Source: an uncultured Actinomycetes bacterium (GTDB lineage Bacteria; Actinomycetota; Thermoleophilia; RBG-16-64-13). Taken from it: a DNA stretch of 64,000 bases. Positions 52,813 through 63,747 of this stretch are shown piece after piece. The notes below the pieces were generated by a model. The model ran no database searches, was not told the origin of the DNA, and saw only the letters and a list, made by a program, of their open reading frames with translations. A program made the position numbers and the translations under genes. The stretch spans positions 256,001 through 320,000 of the forward strand of contig CAWJDT010000001.1 in assembly GCA_963841735.1 (NCBI GenBank), read 5' to 3'. Positions within the stretch are counted from its first letter, which is position 1. Each line of letters opens with the position of its first letter.

Positions 52813-53800
52813 TCACCCTTTGACCCTCATCTTCAGGTTCTTCTGATATTCGTCGAAGGCCACCGCCGCCAGCAAGATGGCGCCCCTGACGATGAACTGG
52901 GCATAGGGATTCCACCCCGCCAGCTGCATCCCGTTTCCCAGAACGGCCAGAACGAAAACGCCGGCCACCAGCGCGGGAATGTTACCTTCACCGCCCAGAG
53001 AAACTCACGCCCCCAACGATAGCCGCTGTCAAGGCCGTGAATTCTGTCCCCGGTCCAAACGAGGATTGCGTAGAGTTGGACTTCGAGATCATGACCATCG
53101 TCGCCACAGCAGTGAGAAATCCACAAACCGTGTACACCAGGGCCTTGATGCGCCTGGTGTTGACTCCGGCCAATCTGAGCCCCTCTTCGTTGCCCCCCAA
53201 CGCGACCACGCGGATCCCCCAGACGGTCTTGTAGTAGATGAGGGCCACCACGATGACGATGAACAAGGTCAGGTAGACGTCGAAGGGGATGCCCCAAAGG
53301 CGGGCCTTGGTGATGAACTCGAAAGACGACGGATAGGCCCGGAAGGTACGGGCACCGGACACCATGTATGACACCCCCTGGAAGATCACCGACGTAGCCA
53401 GGGTGACAATGAGTGGGAACGTCCGTATCCGCGTGACTATGAGGCCGTTGATAAGACCAAGCACTGTGCCAAGTGACAGCCCTATGAGGACCGAGGCCCA
53501 CACCGGGAAGTTCCAACGCACCATCAACATGGCCGTCATCACTCCAACCAGCGACATCATGTAGCCGACGGACAGGTCGATGCCCCCGGAGATGAGCACA
53601 AAGGACATGCCAATGGCGACAATGATGAAGTAGGTGTTCTGGGTGACGATGTTGGTGAGGTTGCGGACCGTGAAGAAGCTGCCGCTCACAAGCGAGAACA
53701 GCAGCATGAGCAGGAGCAGCACAAGAACAACCGCATACTTCCTCATGAAACCGAGATTGACATGACGCCGGCTCACAATCGCGTCAGGTTGCTGAACCAT
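52813..53800 (-). CDS. Sugar (CUT2/RbsC-type) ABC permease, indel near 52990
   Basis: GGIDLSVG, ALGGNEE..RLAGVN, LTAAIVGGVSF; continues GEGNIP...MRVKG* in another frame. Confidence 0.88.
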
Positions 53801-53808
53801 GCCGACCC

Positions 53809-54609
<801 letters not shown>

Positions 54610-54649
54610 TGAGTCCCCTAGACACGTCTCTTCAGTACCGGCAGACCAA

Positions 54650-54690
54650 GGGCTGGGGTAGAACCGCTCGGAGTTCTTCAACCCCAGCCC
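54650..54690. other. Intercistronic stem-loop after the binding-protein gene
   Basis: GGGCTGGGGT...ACCCCAGCCC with inner GAAC/GTTC; a typical position for an mRNA-stabilising hairpin. Confidence 0.55.
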
Positions 54691-54760
54691 ATCGGTCTCA
54701 CTCTGGATGGTCTAGTCGCCTAGTTTTCTCTCTACCACTTGCGCAGCTTCAGCGCTACCG

Positions 54761-55986
54761 CTACGGGGCGACTGTGACCACGCCCGTGGCGGCCATGGGT
54801 GTTATGACAAGCTCGCCGTTATCCCCGGTGGCGAGAGCCAGTTCGTCCCATGTGACTTCCGGATAGTCCTCGCCATTCAGTATCTTGGTGACGAGAGCTG
54901 CCGTCTTGCCCGGGAGGTCCGCACCGCCGAAGGCGATGACACCCCTCAAAGCTCCTTCGCCCGGAGACTGCCGCCTTGACCAAGTCCCCCTCGGGTCCGA
55001 ACATGCCCACGCCAAAGACGGCGACCTTGCTCAGATCGGGGATGGCGCCGCCGCGCGCCCTTGGCAACCTCGTCCATGATGGCCGTCGAGGCACCGTTAC
55101 CACCATCGGACCCATAGGCGAGCACCAGTTTCACATTCGGGTTGGTGGTCAGGATGTTCTGCATGGCCGGTTGAGCGGCCAAAGACATCTCCGCGATCGG
55201 CGTCTGGACGATCTTCACCGCCGGACAGTAGACGGGGTTTGCCACCCGGTCCGCCTCGGTCTTGCCGGCCAGATACTTGCCGTCCTTGTCCGATATGGGC
55301 ACGCCGGCAGCATCGATGTAGGCGCCTTCCCAGTCTTTGAGGAAGGGTTCACTGATCATCAGAAGGCCGTTGGTCCGCTGGACGGCTTCAGTGTTGGTGG
55401 TCGACTCCAGCACGGCTGTTTCAATCGATCCCGCGGCGGCACCCGGATAGGTCGCTTCCACCCAGTTCTTCGCCATCAAAGCGCAATACTCTCCGGCCAG
55501 GAACTGGTCCAACTTCATGATGGCGTCGCGGCCGGACTCCCCGGGCTCGGTGCCCACCGTCATGACGATGACACCGGCCTCCCGAGCTGCCTCCAACTTG
55601 GGCAACAAGCTGGTGGCCTCCACGGCCATCACAAAGATGAACTTCGCGCCCATGGTGGTGTAGTTCTCCACCTGCGTGGCCTGCGTGTTCGGGTTGCCCT
55701 CGGCACTGGACACTTCGACATTGTAGGTCTCGCCGAAGTTGGCCTCAAACATGTCCTTGAGCGCCAACATCAAGGGGTTATCCAAAGCGGGCAGACACAC
55801 CCCGATGGTCTGCTTCTCGCCCGTGGTTGCCTGGGTCGTGGGCGCTCCCGTTGTCGGAGCACCTGTTGTCACAGCCCCCGTGGCCGGCGGCGCGGTGGTC
55901 GTAGTGTCGCCGCCGCCGCACGCGGCCAACGGCAAGACACATGCGATAGCCACCATCACCAGCAAGATCATGAACCGCCTCATCAT
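54761..55986 (-). CDS. Sugar ABC binding lipoprotein (RbsB-like), indels near the 3' end
   Basis: Lipobox LAAC, Thr tether, LDNP, QATQVENY, QNILTTNPNVKLV. Confidence 0.85.
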
Positions 55987-56074
55987 CCCTGCCCTCCTTT
56001 TGGAACTCAATGCGTCAGCACCCCATTCGCTTGGTTGCCGGCTCAAGACGGGCGTCCGTCCCAACCGCGTTGTA

Positions 56075-56123
56075 AGAATATCGATTCTGTTATGAAAGCG
56101 CAAGCTATAAGAATCACGATTCT
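56075..56123. promoter_or_regulatory. Two palindromic operators AGAAT-N4-ATTCT in the divergent promoter region
   Basis: AGAATatcgATTCT (56075-56088) and AGAATcacgATTCT (56110-56123), 35 bp apart. Confidence 0.75.
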
Positions 56124-56156
56124 TTTATGGGCCATTCAATCGTCTATAATCATCGT

Positions 56157-56807
56157 ATGGAGCTAGAGCAAGCCACATTCCGACCCCCCCGCCGCAAACC
56201 TGGACACGCGTCTCTTGAGAAGATCTTGGCTGCGGCCGAGGACCAGCTTCGAGAGGAAGAGCTGGACTTCTTTACCATCCAAAGTGTGCTCGAGCGCACC
56301 GGACTGTCCGTCGGGGCCTTCTACGCCCGCTTCCCCGGCAAGGCCGCGCTACTACAGACGGTGCAGGACCGCCTGCATTCCCGCATGCAACCGGTCATTC
56401 TTGCCGCCTTGGAGGCTCAGGCACAAGTTGAAGAGTCGCTTGAGGAGGCGGTCGACCACGGCTTCGGCATCCTCGTCGAGCACATCCTCGCCGAACGCCA
56501 GCTGTCGCGGGCTTTCATGATGCTATCGGCCTTCGATCCCGTGATGCGCCAGAAAGGTGAGCAGGTCAACCTGGAGCGGAGGAGTGCCCTCGCCACGGTT
56601 CTAGCCGCCCATCGGGACGAGATCGGTCAGCCGGCTCCGGACGCGGCCATCGAGATGGCATACGTCACATACATATCGGTGATGCATGGCCGGCTGGTGT
56701 TCTTCAGCCCATCGAGCGTGCTGCGCTTCGGCGTGACCGACGAGCAGGTGTTCGGTCAACTCAAGGCGTCTTTGGCTGCCTTCCTGCGAGGCAGCGCCAC
56801 TCTCTAG
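56157..56807 (+). CDS. TetR-family regulator (probably leaderless)
   Basis: ILAAA...FTIQSV...[24 protein letters not shown] at 56145-56150, 6 nt before the ATG. Confidence 0.92.
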   Translation: MELEQATFRPPRRKPGHASLEKILAAAEDQLREEELDFFTIQSVLERTGLSVGAFYARFPGKAALLQTVQDRLHSRMQPVILAALEAQAQVEESLEEAVDHGFGILVEHILAERQLSRAFMMLSAFDPVMRQKGEQVNLERRSALATVLAAHRDEIGQPAPDAAIEMAYVTYISVMHGRLVFFSPSSVLRFGVTDEQVFGQLKASLAAFLRGSATL

Positions 56808-57745
56808 CGCTCGCCCGGAGTCTCTCGGCGCTTGGGCGACTTGGCCAACAGCTGCTCCACCAGGCCGTCTATCGCCTGCCAATCCTTTGTCAGATCGACC
56901 CGGCCGTCGTAGGCGGCGCGCACGGCCAAGAACATGGCAAGCAGGTTGCGCATGATATCGGCTCTCGTGTACTTGTTGTCCCAGGAGGCCCGCATCTCCA
57001 TGCTTTCGAGCACCCCGATGAACCCAAACGCCACCAACTCGTCGTCGAAGAGCCCGACATTCGCGCCGGGCTTCCGGTCCGCGGCCAGTTCGTCCGCCGC
57101 GCCCCGCAGCATCCTTTCGTAGACTCCCCGCACCAAAGGACGGAGCGCGCTCTCCGGGTGGAACGCCTCTACCCGAGCCATGGCCTGCAGATCGGGGCTG
57201 AAGGCCTGGATGCCGTTTCCCCCGTAGAGCCGCCAAGCCATGCGAGCGGCGGAATCACGCGTATGTTGGACGGCCTCCCAGACTTCGGCGCTCATGTACT
57301 CGTAGTAGACCTCCCAGCAGGCGATGAACAGATGCCTCTTGCTGGGGAAATGGGCGTAGAGCAACTGGGCGGTAATGCCTACATCCTTGCAGATGTCACC
57401 CACGCGGGTCTTCTCATATCCGTGTTCAGCGAAACGGGCGGCCGCCGCGTGCAGGATGGCGCTGCGCATGGCCTCGCTCTGCCTAGCCACGAGATCCACG
57501 TCGTTCTCAGACGCTTTCTCGATACGCGTCGCGAGTTGCGAACGGATCTCCTTCAGGCTCAGTCCTTGAGCTTTGAGGTTGGTGATAGCGAGCAACAGAT
57601 CGATGTGAGACTGGTCGTAGACCGCGCGGGTGGCGCTGGCCTTCTGCGCAGACGGCAGCAAGCCATCGCTGATGTAGTAGTAGATAGTGCTACGACCTAC
57701 TCCGGTCTCCTGCTCCAATTCCGATATGCTGAGCGCCCTCATCAT
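56804..57745 (-). CDS. MerR-HTH/TetR fusion regulator
   Basis: [26 protein letters not shown] (MerR HTH), then [17 protein letters not shown]...LLYAHFPSK (TetR HTH). Confidence 0.9.
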   Translation of the reverse strand: MMRALSISELEQETGVGRSTIYYYISDGLLPSAQKASATRAVYDQSHIDLLLAITNLKAQGLSLKEIRSQLATRIEKASENDVDLVARQSEAMRSAILHAAAARFAEHGYEKTRVGDICKDVGITAQLLYAHFPSKRHLFIACWEVYYEYMSAEVWEAVQHTRDSAARMAWRLYGGNGIQAFSPDLQAMARVEAFHPESALRPLVRGVYERMLRGAADELAADRKPGANVGLFDDELVAFGFIGVLESMEMRASWDNKYTRADIMRNLLAMFLAVRAAYDGRVDLTKDWQAIDGLVEQLLAKSPKRRETPGER

Positions 57746-57766
57746 CAGTAGGTCACATCGTCCTGC

Positions 57767-58600
57767 TCATCGCGTCGTGATGTAGCCCCGCCATTGCTGC
57801 AGGTGATCGGACTCGGGCCGGTCGAGGATAAAGACCCCCACAAAGTCCTTGAAGGGCTCGAAGAAGGGGAGCTTGTCCCACTTGGCCCAAGCCGGTTTGC
57901 TGTACTGTCCGGCCTTCTCGACGAAGGCCTTGCGCCAACCTTCGGAGTCGTCGAACCAGATCTCCACTATGCGCTGAAAAGGGTTGATGCGCGGATCGTC
58001 CAACTGGCGGCTGGAGATAAATCGGTTTACCTCGGGCTGAGCCGCCACCTCCGGCGCGAACACCTCCTTGAACCAGGTGTCACCCTCGTCGACGGAGATC
58101 TCGTCCGGGTACTTCAGCAAGAAGAGCCAGCGGAAGTTGGCACCCGCGTCGGTGAGTCGCCCTTCTCCCTTGAAATCGTCTTCCCAGAACACCGGCGCGA
58201 AGGAAAACACGACGGGACGATAGCCGTCCCGGCTCCCCTGCCAACCGGACTGTCGCAACACCTTGCTGGGCGGCTGGCAGGTCATCTCCATGAAATCGTC
58301 GGGATACTCCTCGCCAAAGGCGAGGCCGGCGGGCATGCCGGTCCCCTTGCTCTGAAAGATGTTGAAGAGCCAGTAATGCTCGGTCATCATGCCGTTGTAA
58401 GTGCCGAAATCGAGCGCGCCTTCAGGCAGGGGCAGCGCATGGTAGGTGCAGTACTTGGTGCAGTAAGGCATGAACTGCGAGATGCTCTCGGGCACGTGTT
58501 GCTTGTACAGCCAGCGCCAGATCTTGGGCCGGTCGTTGTCGGAGCGGAAGTTCTGAAGGATGAAGCTCCGCATAGGCTTGAATTCAGGAAAATAAGCCAT
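57767..58600 (-). CDS. chi: Bacterial chalcone/taxifolin isomerase homolog (two ferredoxin-like domains)
   Basis: Matches recalled Eubacterium ramulus CHI motifs: PMRS, RW.YK.H.P.SISQF.PY.TKY, TEH.W, WE.D.KG.GR....GAN.R, EIWF, KP.WA, RGYIT.R. Confidence 0.85.
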   Translation of the reverse strand: MAYFPEFKPMRSFILQNFRSDNDRPKIWRWLYKQHVPESISQFMPYCTKYCTYHALPLPEGALDFGTYNGMMTEHYWLFNIFQSKGTGMPAGLAFGEEYPDDFMEMTCQPPSKVLRQSGWQGSRDGYRPVVFSFAPVFWEDDFKGEGRLTDAGANFRWLFLLKYPDEISVDEGDTWFKEVFAPEVAAQPEVNRFISSRQLDDPRINPFQRIVEIWFDDSEGWRKAFVEKAGQYSKPAWAKWDKLPFFEPFKDFVGVFILDRPESDHLQQWRGYITTR

Positions 58601-58610
58601 GACGCCTCTC

Positions 58611-59600
58611 CTATTCGTCTCCCTCGACCGCGACCTGCGCACGCGGCGGCTTGGTGGCCTTCAGGTACTCCTTGTACTTTGCCGTCTTCGCAGGAAGGTC
58701 GCCCATGTTGGCCGGCGGCTTGAGCGAGACGTTGGCCAGCTCCTCCAAGTGCATGAACTTGCCCGAGAGGAGCACGTGCGAGTGCGGCCGCTCCTCGTCG
58801 GTGACCGTGAATGTCACCTGGCCGCCGTCGGTGCTGAGCGTGCCCCGCACGCCACAGATGCCGCAGACTGTGGGGTACGGCTCAGCGGCGTTCCGAATCT
58901 CGAACAGCTTTGAATGACACATGGGGCACAGGCCGGGGTCGCCGATGTACTCGGCCTGGTCGAGGGGTTTCATGAGACTCTCGGCCACATGGCGGCCCGA
59001 CTTGCGGGCCCGCTCCAGCAGGTCGTCACGCAGGGCGACGACCTTGGGCAGCGCCACCCAGTTGACCAGGTATTTGTCGACCACCTCGAATTGCATGGAG
59101 AGGGTGAAAAGGTGCATCAACGGCAGAGCGAGGGTGTCCCACTCGCTGCCACCCACGGCGATCAGCGAAGCAGCCCTAGGCTTGAAGGCCCGCTGGTCGG
59201 GTCCCTCACCGGTGGTGATGCCACGCTCGGCCCGCATCTTGGTGGCCGCCATACGGAAGGCCTGGTCGTGCGACGGGCCCATGCGGTCGTTAAGAGTCTT
59301 GAGAAGCCCGGGCGGGGACTTCTCGTAGATGGGCGCGCCCAGAATGAGGCCGTCACAGTCCATGATCTTGTCGTCGATGAAGGGGAAGTCATCGTTCTTG
59401 AGAATGCACCGCCCCGGGCCGCACCGCTCAAAGAGGTCTTCCACGCACGAATTGCACCCGGTGCAGGGCTTGATATGGAGGTCCTGGAGCCGGATCAACT
59501 CGACCTCAGCGCCGGCCTCCTCGGCCCCCATGAGGGCTTCTTTGACCATGATCTCGGTGTTGCTTGCGCGCCTTCCGCAGGATAGGCCGAGGACTTTCAT
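58611..59600 (-). CDS. flr: Flavodoxin-like FMN ene-reductase, flavone/flavonol reductase homolog
   Basis: Matches recalled Flavonifractor plautii FLR motifs: EALMGA.E.GAEVE, CTGC..CV, PI(Y/F)EK, DR.GP, VGGS.W, Y.GD.G.CP.CHS, C..CG, H..LSGKF.H. Confidence 0.82.
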   Translation of the reverse strand: MKVLGLSCGRRASNTEIMVKEALMGAEEAGAEVELIRLQDLHIKPCTGCNSCVEDLFERCGPGRCILKNDDFPFIDDKIMDCDGLILGAPIYEKSPPGLLKTLNDRMGPSHDQAFRMAATKMRAERGITTGEGPDQRAFKPRAASLIAVGGSEWDTLALPLMHLFTLSMQFEVVDKYLVNWVALPKVVALRDDLLERARKSGRHVAESLMKPLDQAEYIGDPGLCPMCHSKLFEIRNAAEPYPTVCGICGVRGTLSTDGGQVTFTVTDEERPHSHVLLSGKFMHLEELANVSLKPPANMGDLPAKTAKYKEYLKATKPPRAQVAVEGDE

Positions 59601-59685
59601 TCTTCTGCTCCCTTGCTGTGCTTTGCTGCGCCGGTGGGCCGTTCGCCGGCATTCAGCCCGGCGAACGACCCCCAAGCTGACTTCT

Positions 59686-60912
59686 CTAGTTAAGCGTCCG
59701 CACGAACTCGAACGCGCCGGCTTTGATCTGGTACTCGACCAAGAATCCCTTTACGCCTTCGGTGGTGTCCTCGGGCATGTAGTTCTGCAGACCCTCGAGG
59801 GTCTGGACATCCCTCAGATTGACCAGTGCCTCACGCACCGCTTCCTTGTCATCCGCACCACCGGCCTGCTTCATGGCCGCCTCCAGAACGATGAAGTAGT
59901 CGGCACCCATGGCCGCGAAGAAGTCCGGCGCAAAGCCGTAGTTCGCAACGTAGCGGTCATAGAAGTCCACCTGGAAAGCTTTGGTCGGCCAAGTGTCGGG
60001 CAGGGCCTGCGGATTCACCATGCCGCCGGAATCCAGAACATAGAGACCCTCCACCGCTTCCGCACCCCTAGACATGACCGCCGGGTGAGCCGCGGCCGGC
60101 GAGCCATGTACGGGCACCGTCACTCCCAGAGTCCGCAGACCTTGGTATAGCGCCGGCTGCGCCAAGGGGTTGGACAGCGTGAAGATGGCGTCCGGCTTGA
60201 CCGAGTTGTACGCCTCCATGATCTTGTTCAAGATCGCCTGGGGATCGGGTAGGCTGAGACCGAAGGTGTCCGGCAGAACCGTGAGGGTGAACCCCTCGGT
60301 CGCCGCCAGCTCAACCAGCTTGGTTAGGGTCTCTTGGTGGATCGACAGGGTGTCGGCGATGGCCACTATGTTCTTGTACCCATGGGCCTTGATCAGCTTG
60401 GCGAAGGCATCCGCCTGAGTCACGGGGCCCGCGCCCATCATAACGCTCCACTTGTACGGAGTCGCCGCCTCAATCTGCTCGAGACTCGGGGGTCCCGCTC
60501 CTATCATGGGCATCTCGGCATCTTCGCAGATAGCCCGAGCCGCTTCCTGGCCAAACCCGATGAACGGGCCCACGAAATACTCGATGCCATCCTGCTCAAT
60601 CAGCTTGTTCATGGCCGCGGTCATCGAGGTCACCTCAGACTTGTCGTCTTCGATGAGGAGTTCGATCAGCCGGCCGTTGATCCCGCCGTTTTCATTGATC
60701 CATTTCACCTGATACTCGGCGCCATTCTTGATAGAGACGCCAGGAGCCGCGCTGGCTCCGGTGAGGCTGGTGACCATGCCGATCTTGATCGGCTCGTTGG
60801 AAGCAGCCCCGGTGTCACTCGTGGTGACTTCACCGCCGCCGCAGGCCATCGCCATCAAGGTGACCACCAACAACACTGCCAAGAGACCTGCAAGCATGAA
60901 CCGCTTTCTCAT
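59686..60912 (-). CDS. livK: HAAT (LivK-type) ABC binding lipoprotein
   Basis: Lipobox AMAC, PIKIG...SLTG, INENGGINGR.IEL..EDD. Real ligand is possibly aromatic. Confidence 0.88.
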   Translation of the reverse strand: MRKRFMLAGLLAVLLVVTLMAMACGGGEVTTSDTGAASNEPIKIGMVTSLTGASAAPGVSIKNGAEYQVKWINENGGINGRLIELLIEDDKSEVTSMTAAMNKLIEQDGIEYFVGPFIGFGQEAARAICEDAEMPMIGAGPPSLEQIEAATPYKWSVMMGAGPVTQADAFAKLIKAHGYKNIVAIADTLSIHQETLTKLVELAATEGFTLTVLPDTFGLSLPDPQAILNKIMEAYNSVKPDAIFTLSNPLAQPALYQGLRTLGVTVPVHGSPAAAHPAVMSRGAEAVEGLYVLDSGGMVNPQALPDTWPTKAFQVDFYDRYVANYGFAPDFFAAMGADYFIVLEAAMKQAGGADDKEAVREALVNLRDVQTLEGLQNYMPEDTTEGVKGFLVEYQIKAGAFEFVRTLN

Positions 60913-60987
60913 CGTTCCTCCTCTTCTTCCCCTGGTGTGAGACGCTTCCATTTTGCCCTATCCGTGCCTGATGCCTGAGAGCGTGCG

Positions 60988-63747
60988 CTAGCCCCGGCTG
61001 GAACCGAGGTAGCCTGCGCGCACGCGATCATCCGTCTTCAGGTCCCGCGACAACCCGGCAACGACCACGCTGCCGGTCTGCAGAACAACCCCACGGTGAG
61101 CCAGCGAGAGCGCCATCTCCGCGCCCTGCTCCACCATCAACATGGTCAAACCCTGTTTGTTCAGCTCAGCCAGCGCCTCAAAAATGCGCTCTACCACCAG
61201 GGGAGCGAGGCCCATCGAGGGCTCGTCCAACACCAGCAAATCGGGCTTGCCCACCAGCGCCCGGCCGATGGCCAGCATCTGCCGCTCGCCTCCCGAGAGG
61301 GTACCCGCCGCCTGCCTACGCCGTTCTCCCAGCACCGGGAAGAGCTCGTAGACGTAGGCGATGTCGTCGGCCAGCGTGTCCCGCCAATCGCGTCGCCCGG
61401 AACTACCCACCACCAGGTTGTCCTCCACCGAAAGGTCGCGGAACAAGCGGCGCCCCTCAGGTACCTGGCGAAGCCCACGAGCCGCGATCTTCTCCGGAGC
61501 CAGCCGGGTGATGTCGGAATCCTTGTAGGTAACCAAGCCCCGGTTTGGCTTCAGCAATCCCGAAACCGTGTGAAGCAGCGTGGTCTTGCCCGCCCCATTC
61601 GCCCCCAGTATGGCCACTACCTCGCCCTTGGGCACCACGAAGGACACCCCATGCAATGCCTCTATCGAGCCGTAGGAGGTAGCGAGGTCCTCGATCACCA
61701 GAAGGTTCTCGGGCTCGGCACAGGTTCCGGCGGCAAGATCCCGGGTCTGGCAGAGATCCTGGCCCTGGTCGAGTTTCACTCCCAAGTAGGCCTCGATGAC
61801 CGCGGGATCCTTCTGCACGGACTCGGGCCTCCCCTCACAGATGAGGCGGCCGTAGTCGAGCACGAACACATAGTCCGAAATATCCATGACCAACTCGATG
61901 TCGTGTTCCACCAAGAGCACCGTGATCCCCGACTCCCGGATGCGGCCTATCTGCTCGACCAAATGCGCGCGCTCCGAAGCGTTCATGCCGGCCGCGGGCT
62001 CATCCAGCAACAGCAGGCGCGGTTCAGAGGCCAGCGCCCGAGCGATCTCCACCAAGCGCTGCGAGCCGTAGGGAAGGCCGGCGGCAGGAGCAGATGCCGT
62101 TGCCTCCAGCCCCACCATGGCCAAGGCCTGCATGGCTCGCTCGCGGGACGCCCGTTCCTCTCTTCTCTGATGTGGAAGGCCCAGACCTCCAGCCCAAAGT
62201 CCCGTCTTTTCGTGGCGATGACAACCCACGAGGACGTTCTCGAGAACGCTCATGTTGGGATATATGCGAAGGTTCTGGAAGGTGCGGGCCATGCCCAAGC
62301 GCGCCGTGTTGGCAGTGGACATTTTGGTCACGTCCTTGCCGGCGAACCGAATGGTGCCCGCGGACATCTTCTGCAACCGGCTGATTGCGTTGAAGAACGT
62401 AGTCTTGCCCGCGCCGTTAGGGCCTATCAGCGCCACGATCTGCCCCTCCGTCACCTGCAGTGAGACCTGATCCACCGCCTTCAAGCCACCGAAGTGCACC
62501 GAGACCCCCTCGACCTCCAGAAGCGAACCGACCGCGGCCCCCTCTGAGGCCGCCCGGTCGCCCACAGCCCGAGCGAGCGACGAAACGAGGACTTCTGCCT
62601 CAGCGACCGTCAAGGCGGCCGTGCCCGCGGCGGCGCCAACCACCTGCGGAAGTCCTACTGATGTTTCGCACTGCCCGAGCGGCTGGTCCTCCTCGGCCGC
62701 CGCCGAGCACTGCAACGACTCGCGCAGCTTCTCTTTCCGGAAGAGCGCCTTGAGACACGCCCGCTGGTCGGGTCGCAACAGCAGACCGGCGGGCAAGAAC
62801 ATGAGCAGCAACACCATGATGACTGAGTACAACACTCCGCTGTACTGCCCGATGCCTGGGACCTTGGTCGGTAGCCAGTCTTTGATATAGATCATGATGA
62901 CGGCCCCGATGACGGCGCCCCAAACCGACCCAGCCCCACCTATGAGCATCATGACGATGGGGAGAATGGCCAATGAGAAAGTGAAGTCCAAGGGACTGAA
63001 GGCTCCGTTCACAAAAGCAAACAGACCGCCGGCCATCCCGCAGATCACGGCGCTGGTCACAAAGCCGAGGAGCTTCCAGTTGGCCGTGCGCATCCCCAGC
63101 GACGACGAGGCGATCTCGCTGGTGGCAATGGCCCGGAAAGCCCGGCCCATACGGTACTTGAGCGCACGGGAGACAAAGATGAGCACGATGATCACGATGA
63201 CCCAGACCAAGTAGTACTTGCTCATGGCGCCCGCGAACTCAAACCCGAAGAGGCTGAGCTTGGGCACCGGCGCGACTCCCTTTTCGCCGCCGGTGATCGA
63301 GCGCATGGTGACGTTCACAAGGGTCAGAAATATCTGACCGAGTCCAATCGTGGCCAAGGCCAAGTAAAAGTAGCGCAGCTTGAGCACCGGCCGGCCGACG
63401 ATGAGAGCGACAATTCCGGCGGCCAACGCCCCGAGGATGAGACAGGCTATGGTCGGCATGTGGAGTTTCATCGCCATGAGCCCGGTCATATAGGCGCCTA
63501 TGCCGTAGAAGGCGGAGTGGCCGAAGGAGAGCTGCCCCGCTTGGCCCAGCACTATGACCACCCCGATGGTAAGAAGCGCGTACAGGCCGGCCGTCCTCAT
63601 GTACCCCATGTGGACCTTGTTGCCAAACACAAGTGGCCAGACCAACAAGGCGACTACCATGAGCACCTTGAGGATGGTGCCCCCGTGCCTGCTCCAGTAC
63701 GTTCTGAAGGCCGGGGCGCCATTCTTTAGCAGCCTGCCGGCCATCAT
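60988..63747 (-). CDS. Fused HAAT permease and two ATPases (LivM-LivG-LivF)
   Basis: GQLSFGH, YLALAT permease motifs; GPNGAGKT/LPYG/DEPAAG; GANGAGKT/LSGGE/DEPSMG in one 919-aa ORF. Confidence 0.92.
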   Translation of the reverse strand: MMAGRLLKNGAPAFRTYWSRHGGTILKVLMVVALLVWPLVFGNKVHMGYMRTAGLYALLTIGVVIVLGQAGQLSFGHSAFYGIGAYMTGLMAMKLHMPTIACLILGALAAGIVALIVGRPVLKLRYFYLALATIGLGQIFLTLVNVTMRSITGGEKGVAPVPKLSLFGFEFAGAMSKYYLVWVIVIIVLIFVSRALKYRMGRAFRAIATSEIASSSLGMRTANWKLLGFVTSAVICGMAGGLFAFVNGAFSPLDFTFSLAILPIVMMLIGGAGSVWGAVIGAVIMIYIKDWLPTKVPGIGQYSGVLYSVIMVLLLMFLPAGLLLRPDQRACLKALFRKEKLRESLQCSAAAEEDQPLGQCETSVGLPQVVGAAAGTAALTVAEAEVLVSSLARAVGDRAASEGAAVGSLLEVEGVSVHFGGLKAVDQVSLQVTEGQIVALIGPNGAGKTTFFNAISRLQKMSAGTIRFAGKDVTKMSTANTARLGMARTFQNLRIYPNMSVLENVLVGCHRHEKTGLWAGGLGLPHQRREERASRERAMQALAMVGLEATASAPAAGLPYGSQRLVEIARALASEPRLLLLDEPAAGMNASERAHLVEQIGRIRESGITVLLVEHDIELVMDISDYVFVLDYGRLICEGRPESVQKDPAVIEAYLGVKLDQGQDLCQTRDLAAGTCAEPENLLVIEDLATSYGSIEALHGVSFVVPKGEVVAILGANGAGKTTLLHTVSGLLKPNRGLVTYKDSDITRLAPEKIAARGLRQVPEGRRLFRDLSVEDNLVVGSSGRRDWRDTLADDIAYVYELFPVLGERRRQAAGTLSGGERQMLAIGRALVGKPDLLVLDEPSMGLAPLVVERIFEALAELNKQGLTMLMVEQGAEMALSLAHRGVVLQTGSVVVAGLSRDLKTDDRVRAGYLGSSRG

